Made by a program: the position numbers and the translations under genes. Below are positions 25,366-39,802 of a stretch of DNA of 64,000 bases, piece after piece (the stretch's first letter is position 1; each line of letters opens with the position of its first letter). The notes beneath the pieces were generated by a model that had not been told where the DNA came from, did not search any database, and saw only the letters and a list, made by a program, of their open reading frames with translations. The DNA lies in contig NW_025963791.1 in NCBI RefSeq assembly GCF_023055435.1, positions 8,308,001-8,372,000 of the forward strand. Direction: 5' to 3'. Source of the DNA: Haliotis rufescens. Its lineage: Eukaryota.

Positions 25366-26171
25366 ATGTTTCAGTATGCAACCTTCAGGTTGGAAATGGC
25401 TTCATTAGGGTATACCACAGTAACGTCAGACACACCGTACAAGGTCAAATGGCCCTAGGGTTTTAGGTACAAGGTAGCAATGGGTTCCCACCCAGATATA
25501 CACATCAGAGTGACTACACATCCTGTAAAGTGCCTTCACTATCAGTTCCTCTGGGCACTGGGGGCTACCAGATCAAGCAACAAGTTGGCCTATAGGTTCA
25601 ATACTCTTATCAAGAGATTCTCACTCACCAAGATAGCTAAGTGGCTATTATAGGCGTGAGAGTCTGGGAAACGTCCGTCGCCGTTATTGCCTCTCAGACT
25701 ACTTCAGAAATTCTTTTTCGGATGAAGATGCTTTGTGAACTTGTTTTGTAAATAATACTACAAAACAGTCTACGAATACGACTACATCATAAGCATGTAT
25801 TTATGAATCACTATTAAATAGTGATTAAACCAGGTGTTTTCGAAAAGGTGAGCGTATCTTGCCCCACCTGTGGTAGTTCTATGAGGAGACTTCCTGTTGG
25901 TGCAGTGCAGTACTTCAAACACGTCGAAATACTGCATCACGTTTGACAGTGCCAACTACATCAAAGGCCTTAAAGGCCTCCTTAACTGCCATCAAGCAGT
26001 GTATCAACATACAGTGACTACACAAATATGGCTCGGCAATGAAAGGATTTCTTGAAGATTATTTTGGCTAAATTGTAATATATATTATAATGTAACCCAC
26101 AGAATCTCTTACTTTTCATTGACTTGTCGAAGGGATTTAGGCTTGCTTGGGATTTTTTGTTTTGAGGTGTG

Positions 26172-26515
26172 GTGAGGTGAAATGGGGTTTAACGTCGCGT
26201 CCAAGATTATTGCACTTATATAGCGACGTGCATGTACGTGTGTGTGTTTGTGTGGCTGCTTGTACTAGTCCGGACTGATTTATAGTGCTTGCTCACTGAG
26301 ATACCATGCCGCAGTTTAACATGAATACCCCACTCAGACACAGTATACTGACTACGAGCCGACCAGTCCTTGTTTAAGCCCCTTAATGCCGATCGCCAGT
26401 CAGGGTAACAACAAGTACCATCTTTTAACGTCTTTTGGTATGACGCGGTCGGGGATCGAACCCCGGACCTTCGCTCTCCGGGCGGACGCTCTACCACTAG
26501 ACCACGGAGGCGGTC
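26172..26515 (-). mobile_element. SINE family D, full length
   Basis: 13-bp TSD GTTTTGAGGTGTG at 26159-26171 and 26516-26528. Confidence 0.9.
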
Positions 26516-27317
26516 GTTTTGAGGTGTGCATGAGAGACTACGAGGTTGCTACAAACAACATCTAGAATTTCATGATCTTATAGGGGGTAGCCAAGTAGTT
26601 AGAGCGTTCGATTCCCCATATGGGTACAATGTGTGAATCCCGTTTCTGTTGTCCCTAGCATTGATATTGCTGGAATACTTTTTTCAATCGTACAAAACCA
26701 AACCTAACTCACTCACTCACTCGTGATCTTATATATACTATCAATATCGTCACCGCAATATATTTTTAAGACCCTGTCGAACAAAGCGCCTGTTTGACGA
26801 TATCGGTGCTACAGACATTATTGGCAACGGCAGTAAACTTGATAGATTGGTGCCCGCACAGGATGACAAAGGAGCACGTGCAAGACGTGCTGACGTTATC
26901 AGCATCTGACAGAGTTCGACAAACAAGCGTAGATCCCCCAGCATTGGAAAAGCCTCGTCTTGTGCGAGGCACGATCTAATTTTATGGTTCTGTAAGCTTA
27001 AAGGGATACTCCTAAAGGTTTGGGAGTAGGCGTTTTGTAACCGCGAAGTTGATAGCTTAATCTGATGGCTGCAGCAACACCCTTTTCCAAAGTGAGAGCA
27101 CTCATTTATTATTACCTTGGGCATTTGTTCTAGCTCTAGATGAAGCATTTGAAACCTCAATCTGATGCGTTTAGTTTCCAATGATAATACTAATGCAGAA
27201 GACTGACGGACAAAAGAGAGTATATCCACTTAACAATTGGATTTGCCCCAAAAATTACAAAAGTCATTACTAAGTTGTTACAAAGTTGACCTGTTGTCTC
27301 ATCGTTATGATGCATAT

Positions 27318-27589
27318 TTGGTTGGTTGGTTGGTTTGTTGTTTAACGCCGCACTCAGCAATATTCCAGCTATATGACGGCGGTCTGTAAATAATCGAGTC
27401 TGGACCAGACAATCCAGTGATTAATATCATGAGCATCGATCCACGCATTGGGGATCGATGACATGTATCAACCAAGTCAGCGAGCCTGACCACCCGATCC
27501 CGTTAGTCGCCTCTTACGACAAGCATAGTCGCCCTTTACGGCAAGCATGGGTTGCTGAAGACCTATTCTACCCCGGAATCTTCACGGGT
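27318..27589 (-). mobile_element. SINE family C, full length
   Basis: 13-bp TSD TTATGATGCATAT at 27305-27317 and 27590-27602. Confidence 0.9.
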
Positions 27590-28127
27590 TTATGATGCAT
27601 ATAATATCGCATATGATATCAATTAAATCTCCATCGAACAACCACTTGTTGTTTGTTTCATTTTTAACCCGCATCAAACCTTGGTGTATACTTTGTTTAG
27701 CATGACAGTTTACATATTACGCCGAACTGAAAACAATTCCTGCTCCAGTTTTTGGCTAAAATAAACAAGAGTGTCAGTAAAAATGTATCATAATTTATTT
27801 GTTTATTTATTTGTTTGTTTGTTAGGAATAGAAAGTAGTGAAAGCTCGGCCATGTTATCTTAAACGGATTAGCAAGATAAAGATGATAAAAGGATTAACG
27901 AGTTTTTGTTCAACGAAACGCCCATCCCCAGATTATCAATAAGTGTCAACACGTTGACCTTAAGGGAGCATGGTCCTTAAGTAGATATAGTAAATGATGG
28001 TGGTTCCTGTAGTGTCAAGATCGCAGAAGATGGAACCGTATCGTGACCGGCCGCATTCGAATGTCTTAAGAAGTATAATGCAAAAGTCAACTTTGTGAAC
28101 TGAAAAAATTAACTTCATCCCACTACG

Positions 28128-28293
28128 TGAGTGAGTGAGTTGGGTTTAACGACGCTTTTAACATTATTCCAGTTATATCACGGTGTGTCAGCTTAATGTG
28201 GGAAGAAAGCCCGAAGTGATGCAGGTCTCAGACGTTTACCACTTCGGTGAAACCCACGAGCACGGGTATAGTGCTGACAAACCTAGAAACATA
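28128..28293 (-). mobile_element. SINE family B, 5'-truncated insertion
   Basis: Intact tail, no head, 13-bp TSD TCATCCCACTACG (28115-28127, 28294-28306): a typical target-primed reverse transcription product. Confidence 0.9.
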
Positions 28294-29461
28294 TCATCCC
28301 ACTACGAAATATGTTCCAACTTGTCTACTTCTGTACATCGCCTCGAACATGGGCTGAACATCTAACGTTAATGACGTCATACATCTGTCATCTTTAAAAC
28401 AGAGGCAGTGTCAACCTTTTGACATAAATATGTCATTAAAGTGACACATCTCCCGGAATGCTTGACGAATTACTCGCACACCGAAATAGCCTTTGTGGTA
28501 TATCTTGTCATGTTTTACGTTCAAACGTGGGGCAATCCAGCCCTATTGTTACAGTGTAACAACGCACCATCCCCTGGGGATGAAACACACTGGCAACATC
28601 TGTATGTTTTGTTAAACGGCTTCGGCAGTGACAGCTGTGCAACCACACCCTGTACGATTTCTGTCAACATGTAAGTGGGTAAGCGATCGAATTGGTGTAT
28701 TGCTGTTTTGAACAGTACCAAAGTCAAATGACGGCTAGTCTGCTGTGTGTGTTAGTGTGGGCGTTTGTTTGTTGTTTTTGTTTTGTTTTGTTTTTTGTTG
28801 ATAAATATATATATATTAATTTGTTATTTTTTTTAAAAATTATTCTTTTTTATATTTTTTTATTATTCTTCTTCTTTTTATTTTATTTATTTATTTGTTT
28901 ATTTATCTATTTAATAGGGGGGGGGGGGGGGGGGGGGGGTGATGCGGGTTTCAGACGCCCCCACCGTTGTCATATTCATGAGCACTGGTAAGGATCTGTC
29001 ATACCCTGAATCATAACCAGATCTTATTTGGGATTTGAACCCACGATCAACGGATCCTGACACGACAAAGGGACGTAACTGCGAATAGCTGCGTCTTAGA
29101 CCTGCTGTTGTTATGTTTAACGTGACATATTGTATTGAGATTCAACCTTAAACAACAAATGTCCAAAGAATATTCCAAATAGTCAATTAATTCGGTAACA
29201 AAGTGTTTACTAATTAGATCGAGGCGCTGGGGTAACCTAGTGGTAAAGCGTTAACTCGTCACACCAGTCAGGTTCGATTACCGATGGTCAAGTTAGTGTC
29301 GACGGAAGGCAGGGATATTGTAATAAGTAATTGCACTTAGCTCACTCACTAACTGTTTAGTTATAGTTGAATCACTCTATAAGTCAAATACAATTACATC
29401 GTTGTAGTGTCACGTACTGATTTCATAACATTGCACGCATTATCTACCCACGGCAACTATG

Positions 29462-31260
29462 TCCAGTGATTGATATCATGAGCATCGATCCACGCAATTG
29501 GGATCGATGACAAGCATCAACCAAGTCAGCGAGCCTGACCACCCGATGCCGTTAGTCGTCTCTTACGACAAGCATAGTCGCCAAATACGGCAAGTATGAG
29601 TTGCTGAAGAACTATTCTACCCCGGATCTTCACGGGTTCACAATGACGCAAATAGTTCATCTATATTCAACTATTTAATGTTGTTGTTGTTGTTGTTTGT
29701 CGTTTAACGCCGCACTCAGCAATATTCCATCTATATGTCGGCGGTCCGTAAATTATCAAGTCTGGTCCAGACAACCTAGTGATTTACATCAGTTCCAGTT
29801 TGTCGTGTCTTATGACAAGCATAGTCGCCTAATACGGCAGAGGTAGATTAAGAATTGAGTATTTATGGCAACAAAATCTTATGACGTCATGGATTGGAAG
29901 TATCGACCAAGAACGTACACCGAACACCGACTTAAGAAAACAGTCAGTCTGTCTAACGCCGGTAATGGTACATCTCACGTGACCACGGGAACATTACAGA
30001 GAAATCGACCATAATTTCGAAATTGTACAGGAACAAAACCCGTTGGCTTCTTGGAATTGTAGAGCTCGTCAAAGAACAGCTCAGTTGTGTCCGTGCTGGC
30101 ATTATAATCATTCTCATCAATCTATACGGAAAAAACGTATCTTTCTCCATTAAACGGACCAATACCAAAGTAGCGTTATGCTATAAACCATCAAGAACAT
30201 TGTCACAGTGAGATAAAGACCGCTAAAACGCGTCAATCTTTGTATCGGCAAGTGTCATAGTACGTCATACTTCCCGTACACAGATCAATTATAGGTACCT
30301 TTTGTAAATATCTGCAAGCTGAAATCGATATTAGCGTCTTGATTCAGCGTTCGGTAACTATTTGACTTTGTCGTGAGAGTAAACTGTCCATCTTTGTGAG
30401 CACACTATTGAACAATATGGACGCTATATACACCAAGCCAGTAAGTTATTTTGGGTACAATGGCGCTTCCCACAGTGACGACACGAGGCATAGTCAACGC
30501 TTGTCGAAAGTTGGTTGATTGGTTTGTTGTTTCACGACGCATTCTGCAATATTCCAGCTTTTTGACGGGGGTCCGTAAATAATCGAGTCTGGGATAGACA
30601 ATCCAGTGATTTACACCATGTGCATCGATATACGTAATTGGATACGATGACATGCATCAACCAAGTCAGCGAGCCTGACCAACCGATCCCGTTAGTCGCC
30701 TCTTACGACAAGCATAGTCGCCTTTGCGGCAAGCATCGGTAGCTGAAGGCCTATTCTATCTTCACGGATCTATTATCTTTGCGATTGAACGTCGGGAGTA
30801 AAGAGTGTATGAAAGAAATATACGCCCGGGCGTTTAATCGGGGAAAGACCTTTTCTACCCCAATCTCCAAGGGTCTTGATGAAAGTAAATGTGAAAGCCA
30901 AGAGCACGGATATAGTGCTGACGCACCAAAAGTTGAGAGCGGAAGGTCGGTAGTTCGATCCGTTGGCCGGATCACAATGTCATACAGCTACTTTTTTATG
31001 AATATATTTTACAACGTGCATACAGATTTCCATAACTTATAAGCATAACAAAATATAAAGTTAGAAGTTAAATCATTAAAGTACAACCTTCTCGTCTAAC
31101 GCAGTTGGCGCACTGACGTCACACAATAAATATCCGGGGTAGAACAGGTCTTCAGCAACCCATGATTGCCGTCAAAGGCGACTATGCTTGCCGTAAGAGG
31201 CGACTAACGGGATCGGGTGGTCAAGCTCGCTGACTTGGTTAATGCATTCCAATTGTGTGG
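29462..31260. mobile_element. Cluster of partial family-C SINEs (29462-29637 -, 29680-29838 -, 30510-30770 -, 31131-31260 +)
   Basis: Each matches part of the family-C consensus; sequence between them is not assigned. Confidence 0.8.
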
Positions 31261-32220
31261 ACGTAGGTATGTAAATGCAACAATCTTGAACGCGACGCTT
31301 AAGCCCATTTCACCTCACCCCACGTAGTTGTGACATATACGCAATAGCTAAACCATTGTGCGGATAAACCATAAGCCACTACATAAAAATACGTAATTTC
31401 TTTTACAAAAAACAGCGGAATGCAGGTCTACAAATACGTTTGCCTTTGCTAGAAATGTGAAGGGCTTCATCAACCACCTAAACAATCGTATGTATTGTTT
31501 GTGCACTCCCGTTGCGTTTGATGGTTGTATGACGTCATTGAAACCCCGACCACAAATGGCAGCGCAAACAGGCCCCGGACACCAATGAACCGTTTTGAGC
31601 TGGCAGAGCAGTTGAAAGCAATTTAAAGCTAAGAAAATAACTCAAATATGTTCACATTGAAATGAGATACAGTTCTGCATTTGAATCTGGGTTGAAACAT
31701 TACAGGAAAACACGGGTTCTGTCAAAGGTGGATATATAGCATAAGAAACAAAGCCATGGGCGCCTGTTGGCTGGTTTTAGCATCATTGGATCAAATTACA
31801 AATTGTAAATCCCATATGAATTTTCGATTTTGAAAATTTGAAAACACATATATGGACGAATGGACCTGAAACTAAGCTGATAATTATATACCGTTTTTTT
31901 TAAATATAAGCAAATGTGCTTTATCCATTAGTGCTGTAGGGATGTCAAGAGGTACGATTACCCCCCCCCCCTCCCCCCCCCCCCAATCCCATCAGAGACA
32001 CGCCCTATAGTTGATGAGTGTACTGGTTGCTGTGGCCTCGTGTTTCTTGTCTATATGCTTGTCTAAAGGACTTTTAAAAATTGACAGATATTTACATGTC
32101 AAACAATACAGTAAAGTTCATAAAAATGTTCAAATTACCAGATGGAACGAAAGGAATTATGACCTTTCAGTATTTAATACAAATTGTATTTGGGTTATAA
32201 AAGCAGAGAATGCCCAGGGA

Positions 32221-32830
32221 GATTTGGAGAGAAGGCACAGAGAGATCATGTACAGAAGGCACCAAAGGATTATGGAGAGAAGGCAAAGAAGGATTGTGGA
32301 GAGAAGGCACCAAAGGATTATGGAGAGAAGGCACGGAAGGATTGTGGAGAGAAGGCACCGAAGGATTATGGAGAGAAGGCACGGAATGATTATGGAGAGA
32401 AGGCACGGAAGGATTGTGGAGAGAAGGCACCGAAGGATTATGGAGAGAAGACACCGAAGGATTATGGAGAGAAGGCACAGAATGATTATGGAGAGAAGGC
32501 ACTGAAGAATTGTGGAGAGAAGGCACCGAAGGATTATCGAGAGAAGGCACCGAAGGATTGTGGAGAGAAGGCACCGAAGGATTGTGGAGAGAAGGCACCG
32601 AAGGATTATGGAGAGAAGGCACCCAAGGATTATGGAGAGAAAGCACTGAATGATTATGGAGAGAAGGCACCGAAGGATTATGGAGAGAAGGCACCGTAGG
32701 AGTATGGAGAGAAGGCACCGAAGGATTGTGGAGAGAAGGCACCGAAGGATTATGAAGAGAAGGTACCGAAGGATTATGAAGAGAAGGTACTGATGGATTA
32801 TGGAGAGAAGGCACCGAAGGACTATTTGAG
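32221..32830. repeat. 24-bp minisatellite (GGAGAGAAGGCACCGAAGGATTAT), ~25 units
   Basis: Tandem periodicity of 24; accounts for the four overlapping repetitive ORFs. Confidence 0.95.
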
Positions 32831-34674
32831 ATGACACAAAAGGATTATCTGAGAAACCTCTTCTAAGATGTATTACTGACTGCGGCGTAAAACAACTGAA
32901 AGAATACAGATCCCCGCAATCTCTTGCCGTACGAGACGACTTAATGGATTAGGTGGCCAGGCTTAATGACTTGACTGACTTCATGTCATCGTATCCCACA
33001 TGCGTAGGTCGAAGCTCGATTATTTAAACAGCGTTAAACAACAAACAAACAAACAAACACTCTTCTCAAATATGTGGAACAATATAACGTAAACACCAGA
33101 GAAAAATCAGTCGAAACAAACTCCATTGGCCTCAAAAAGCAAAAGAGTAGTGAATATTATATGAATGGACCACTGAAAATCAGTGATGGAACCGGGCCAA
33201 AGAAATGAATTGCCATGTTAAGATTTGCTAACGTTTGATTCCTCTGAGTGAAAATGAGGATCGGCTGGTTAGAAAGTGTGACTTAGTGGACTATGTGTCA
33301 TCGTACAACGCTCTAAAGGCCTCCGCGAAGCAGCTGTGATAACTATATGGGTCTTCCCATGTCTTCTCACATACCTTATTTAGTTTGAAACAGTTAACGA
33401 TTGTACGTCACACTGTTATACCACAGAATAGTGCGGCTTTATATACACAGTCAGGGATTCACCCTGCTCGTCGTCCATACTGCATCTGATCAACGGTGTT
33501 GACTGTTCTTACCTTAAAGGGGACCTTGCCCTGGTCATTTGGCAGATCTGGCAATTTAGAGTCAAGTCGCAAAGATCGCCCTTCCCAGCCTGCTTACTCA
33601 AGTATAATGACATAGAGCAATCTTACAATGAATGTATCACTTACAGAAAAGTGACAAGTTTCAATGTAGCATAACATATATACAACGTACAAACCTAGAC
33701 TGGGAAGGGGCATGGTGCCGTGGAGTGTAGCCTCCCTTTAAGACATGTTCACAGCCATTAAGATGATGACATTCAAGTAACGAACTGACCAGATTTCTCC
33801 GCTGCTACAGCTTTTTATTTTCGTTTTATTTATGTTTTATTGATTCACTGGTATTTGATTCACTTTTTGACAAAAACGAGTTTTAGACAAATTGAGCTGT
33901 TGACAGAATTTTTAAAAATAAATTGTTGACAAAATTGTAGACGAAATGAATTTTAGACCAAATGACATGTTTGCTTCAGAGCTGTAGGCAAAATGAGCCG
34001 TTGACAAAACGAGTTTTAGACAAAATAAGACGCTAAGAAAATGAGCCGTAGTCAACATGAGCTGAAGGAGAAATGAGCTGCTGATAAAATGAGAAGACAC
34101 CGAGAACCTGAACAGATCAGTAGAAGACCTACGTCTACACACCGGCCGCAACATTGAGTTGTTTAGTAGTACCTTCCTTAAGTAGTACCGGTATTTCATA
34201 TATAATCTTTCACACACAGAATTCAGCAACACCACGACAAATCAGTTAGCTCTTTGGGAATCTCTTCATCTTTTTTTCTTTTCTTTTTTAAAACGTGATT
34301 TTCTAATTAGGAACAGGTTACTATTTTTAACTACTTAATAACCTATCTTACCTGGTAAGATTGTGTGGGCTAAAATAACGTTTGTGCTCCGACTCAGCAG
34401 ATGGCGATAAACCCACATATTTAAATAAAATAATATATTAACACTGCCAAAAGATATCTTAACATTGAGCACTGCGTAACAACTAACAAGAAATATCTTT
34501 TTGAAAACCGTCAATGATTGCATTTTAACATTCGCCTTCCACACTCTGAGTGAGTGTTGATTAACGCCGTAGCCAATATCCCAGCTACATCGCGACGATC
34601 GTTCTCTGACTTTGGGATTATATTAACGGTATAATTCGTAATCTGAGTATGAGGAACATGACGTCACTTAAAGA

Positions 34675-34782
34675 GTGTTATTTCAAGGTGACAAATTAAG
34701 AGAGTTATTCAAGGGTGTCAGTTTAAGAGGGTTATTCAAGGGTGTCGGTTTAAGAGGGTTATTAAAGGGTGTCAGTTTAAGT
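34675..34782. repeat. Short 27-bp tandem repeat (AGAGGGTTATTCAAGGGTGTCAGTTTA-like), ~4 units
   Basis: Direct tandem copies. Confidence 0.8.
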
Positions 34783-35541
34783 GGCGGTCATTATGTGGAG
34801 TGCATTATTAAGAATGTGTATGGTTTCATAATTGATATCAATGGTCACCTGTTCATCGACTGAGTCAAGTTTCAAGACGCAACCAGATGTCACGCAAAAA
34901 CCATCTGACAAATAAATCTAAGGATTCAAACCAAGACCATGTGCGCGATAAGCGAACGCATACCCCATTGTGCCACCGAACCTTTTAATACAAATCAACC
35001 TATTTCTACTATCATAAACTATATAGTCCAATCTGTGCTTATGATACTACGCCAAATCATTTAACCTAAGCCTTGTTCTACACCAAACATTTAATCCTGC
35101 TCGAAATACATACAAACATAAACAAAACAATCTTATGTATACCGTATTTGTATTTCCTTAATCGCTTACCTATCGATCATCGATTGGCTGAAATAGACCC
35201 ATTTAATCACAACTCGATCGAAAAAGGTTGTGTGCATTGAACACAGGACGCACGATCGACTATTGTCTGCCGAGAGTATAATTACGGGCGTATGTTTCGG
35301 GAACACAATGCATTTTGACAAGTAAGGCAACTGAGTGCATGGCATGGTCATGCCTGTGCCACCGACGCTAGAACACGACACCAGCTAATTAATAATGGAT
35401 AAATACGCGGACATGCTATTGGCTTCAATTATGAAAATCCGGTGAAGGATTTCAATTGTGACACGATTATCCGGGGTATCAAGTCCATCGGGCCTGGGTA
35501 ACCGACCCACATTGCCTCACCGGGGACAAGCCCAGAGTCAC

Positions 35542-35578
<37 letters not shown>

Positions 35579-36272
35579 CATCATCATCATCGTCATTATT
35601 ATTTATTGTTGTTTTTAAGAAGAAGAAAACGATTACGTTTGTAAAGTTTTAGTTCCCGCATGCTCATATCGCGTACAATTCTTATCCGGTCGACGATCAG
35701 TGAATTTGTATTCTCAGATCCCTGGAGAGTATACAAGCCAAGCTGCATGTTAGGGACCAGAAAGGTTGTATATTCACATGTCAATCTCATCCTACTCATC
35801 TTGTAAACCTAAACTCTCTTTATTACAAAAAAAACCAAAAAACATGTGTTGAATATTCTTAAAACGTTTCGCCTTAAAGCATCACAAAAAGTAACCCCAA
35901 AGGAACACAACTTAAGTACCGTTACCTTCATCTCAAAGTAAACTTTACACATTCAATAAAACAAAGTGTTGAAACAAAGAGAATTAATTTTAGAATTAAC
36001 ATTTTTCGTATTAAAAAAACGTCTCTGGTGGGGGATATTATTAGTACCGTGTACTTAAAGCATTGTATTATTACACAAGAACTGTTTGCCATCAGTAAGA
36101 TCAAAGACGTTTAACTTCGGTGAGTGCGGTGTTACGCCGCTTAATAAATTAATTATCACATTTGCATCCAGTTGTTTTAAAAATGTCAGTCGGGAGGCAT
36201 GTTATATATTCTTTGAACAAACTGTTCAAGGGGTTTGGGCACATTAACTGTCTTACGGATGTGAGTCACATA

Positions 36273-36536
36273 AGTTGTTTGTTTGTTGTTTAACGCCGCG
36301 CTCAGCGATATTCCAGCTATATGACGGCGGTCTGTAAATAATCAAGTCTGGACCAGACAATCCAGTGATTGACATCATGAGCATCGTTCCACGCAATTGG
36401 GATACGATGCATCAAACCAAGTGAGTGAGCCTCACCACCCGATCCCGTTAGTCGCCTCTTACGACAAGCATAGTCGCCTCTTACGGCAACCATGGGTTGC
36501 TGAAGACCTAGTCTACCCCGCGGATCTTTACCGGTC
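36273..36536 (-). mobile_element. SINE family C, full length
   Basis: 11-bp TSD GTGA(G/T)TCACAT at 36261-36271 and 36537-36547. Confidence 0.9.
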
Positions 36537-39479
36537 GTGATTCACATGAAACATTCATGTTTGTTAGGACTGCGTGTATTTCATCAAGTAAATAACAAAG
36601 GAAAATACACAGCGATATTTCTTGTATGTACTGGGGGACGAACAAGTTATGGAGCGGGATGTTTGGTTGTGAGGCGAGCGGGGGTTAAAATCTAATACAT
36701 TTATTCTGGTCTTACAGTGTTATTCAAACTAAGTTTGTTTAGTTTTCAAACATACCTGTAGCAATAATAATAAACGATCACCATTTGACTATTGGCCAGA
36801 AACAAAAACGGGGTAAAACATGCAATTTGAATGACAAGTTAACAATAGCTTAACAATACATCTCCACTGTGTTTCATTGATATACAGCAGGCTTTAATAC
36901 GTGTTTTCAATACTGAAGTACTGCTGAATCATTATGTCCGCCTTATATCAATTGTTTTTAAATAAAAATGATTTTACGATGTTGAATTTTCTTCTTCAAA
37001 ACGTAATATGAATACATCTATTCAGATAAGACATGGTATGTGTTTTGATACAAATAACATAATCATGTTGACCATTTGAGTCCCTTATAAATATTGCCTG
37101 TGAATAGGTCTTGACGGTTTCCATCTTGTTATTAATTCTTTAAAGATACTTACATCATTATAGCACCGGGTGACTTAAATAAAAATATCGCCAATATCCA
37201 GATATTCAATATACGGTTATCTAGAGAATTGAAATTTCGGTTTTAGGGATGTGAGCCGTAGTTTACTGCGTTGTCCTTATCTAAAAGTACGTTGAATTAT
37301 ACACCCCGATAATCTAATGGGAAAAGTCGTTATCTTATGTGTGGGTTATCAATTGATGTGAATAGGAAATATTAATAAATATGCTAAAAATGTTGAAAAG
37401 AAGTGGTGTTGTGACCTCTCGGCCACTGTAGCGAGCAATTTACATGGCATAACTCCTTCCCGCTTAGTCGCATACTTCTCCGTTAAGCGTTACACAGCCC
37501 GATTAATAACTAGCTCCTATTAATAGTTGCGGCGAGTGGCAGTCTGTATTGTTTCACGGCCACACCCACATACTCTAGATTCGTGCGTTAAAATATTCGC
37601 GTAGCCACAGATTTGGCCACAGCGGCCTCAAAGCTTTCCCAGTGCAAAAGCAGCCTTTGTAGCTATGAATATAAACCGTTATGAACGGTGAGGAGCGAAC
37701 ATCACGCTAAAGTCGTTATGCTGTGTGAAACGAAATGTGTCTGCCATTTCACAAGCATGGGAATCTTTCTCGCGCTCGACTGTTTTCAAAATAAACATGG
37801 ATACATGTGCCCTGATAGAACTTTTAAAAAGTTTATATACATATGGGTCAATCAGAAAATAACGGATGGAGGTCAGAGGTTTCGGGAGTTGAAAGAGGCG
37901 TGACGTTTAAATACCCACTGGTGCATGGGGTTTGGTCATTAGCGGAACACACGCTGGACATGGGGGATGGTGGTGGGGTGTGTGGGGTGGGGTGGGGGGG
38001 TTGAGAGGCAGGACTTCTTGTATAGAGGCAGACGGCTCGCATTACACGTATGTTTGTGTGAAGCAGACGATATAAGCCATTTCGCCGGATATGACAGCTC
38101 GATCTAGCGGTAATGCTTTTTCATCGCAGGATGTTTTGTTGGGAAGCGACCACACCCTCTCTCCGTGGCTTCAGCCATTGCGGACAAGGTCGTGGCCGTT
38201 CGGGCTTCACACTTCCTCGGTCGATACTGCTCATATTGTTACCAGCCATCAACATTCTCTGTCTGGCACAGCCAGGGATAAAAACGCTGAGAGCTGGTGT
38301 GTAACTCGAGTACGCACACCACTCCCTCTCTGCGTAAGTTGAAACTTGTAGAATGTACAAAAAAACCTCGAGTAAGCACTCCGCATCAATGAAGGCCAGT
38401 CTCCAGTTCCTTGCGGTAGAACTGTTCTGACGAATACAACCAACAAAGAAGAGGGACGTATGCGTCCTATTAACACACATAAACAATCGTTCATATTCCG
38501 CAGCATTATGATACATAAGTGTATAAGTTGTCGGTACTCTGCGCTGTGGGATCCGACATCTTAGACCCTGCGCCCCAGCACCCACCACGTGGTGGACAAC
38601 GGTACCAGGCGTCCGAGGTCCACGAACAGGATCATACTTCAAGGGCAGACGCTGACAAAAGTGATCATTGGGACACATTGGCGTTTAGGTAGAATCATTC
38701 CTGTGCTTGAACGGTGGTATGATTTGCTTAATGTGTAGCTACAGGGATCCAGTGTCTGTTGATGTTTCTGTGTGGGGAGGGACGGGGGGCGGGAGGGGGA
38801 TTTTAGTGTTTGGAGAATAAGGGGTTGGGTATTCATGACGGACATATTCAAAGGAGGATATGATCAATACATGTATGTAAGCGACTGAGTATAAGATGTG
38901 ACGGTGACCCTTTGTCGTTATCGTTACCATCATCATCATCATCATCATGACTGTTATTACTATCCTTATAGTAGTGATTCATAATGCGGACCAAATACAC
39001 TCAGAAAATTCACAATTCACATGAAGGAATTTGAAATGAACAGAATTGCTAAATAATAATGCTAATATTAATAACACATGCAGAAATAATAATAATAATA
39101 ATAATGACAATAATAATAATAATAATCTCTACTTTAAATTAATTATAATATTTTGGAATTATTACCAGTGACAAATAAACAGGATGTCAATATGCTGATT
39201 GTACGTCATATGCATGTTATCTGATCCGCGTAAGACGTGATGATTGCCCACACAGTTGTTATAGTTCATTCATGCAGTTTAGTTATAAATACACGGCTCG
39301 CGTTGCTCAATTCCCATAGACGATATGAACATTTACTACAGCGAGTCTTTGTACTACAATAAAAGCACGAGCATTAACACGCTATGAGGAAACTCGTGAA
39401 GGTAGCATCACATCAGGGGTCGCGTATTCACTAACTTCTATATCACATACAGGTAATAATCGCAGGGGTGAGAGACAAT

Positions 39480-39705
39480 GTGCCACCCGGTGTTAAGATA
39501 ACCTGTAATTATAGCACGGTTTAAATACAAGGAGACACCCGGTGTCCATGCAAACCTGTAATAAATGTAGGGTTAAAAGACAATAAGAATCCCCGGTCAA
39601 TCTAAACCTGTAAATGAGGACAATGCGCCACCAGGTGTCAAGGTAAACCAGCAATTATAGCGGGTTGACATAAAAGACACCCGGTGTCGAGGCAAACCTG
39701 TAAGT
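39480..39705. repeat. Degenerate ~50-bp tandem repeat (CACCCGGTGT...AAACCTGTAA), ~5 units
   Basis: The motif pair recurs about five times just inside the intron of the - strand gene. Confidence 0.7.
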
Positions 39706-39802
39706 AAATCCTCGGTATGGTGGTGCACAAAACATGTTTCGAGGTATATCCACGTACTTGAGATTCAGAAGCTATGACATATTCCGGCCGGTCGTTACTT
39801 AC

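Noticed and set aside
26750-27229. 159-aa - strand ORF
   Set aside because: Non-ATG start, no recognisable domain or splice signals; possibly an old transposon interior.
38655-38671. ACAAAAGTGATCATTGG, resembling the 3' part of mir-153
   Set aside because: The seed TTGCATAG is absent and no hairpin partner was found.
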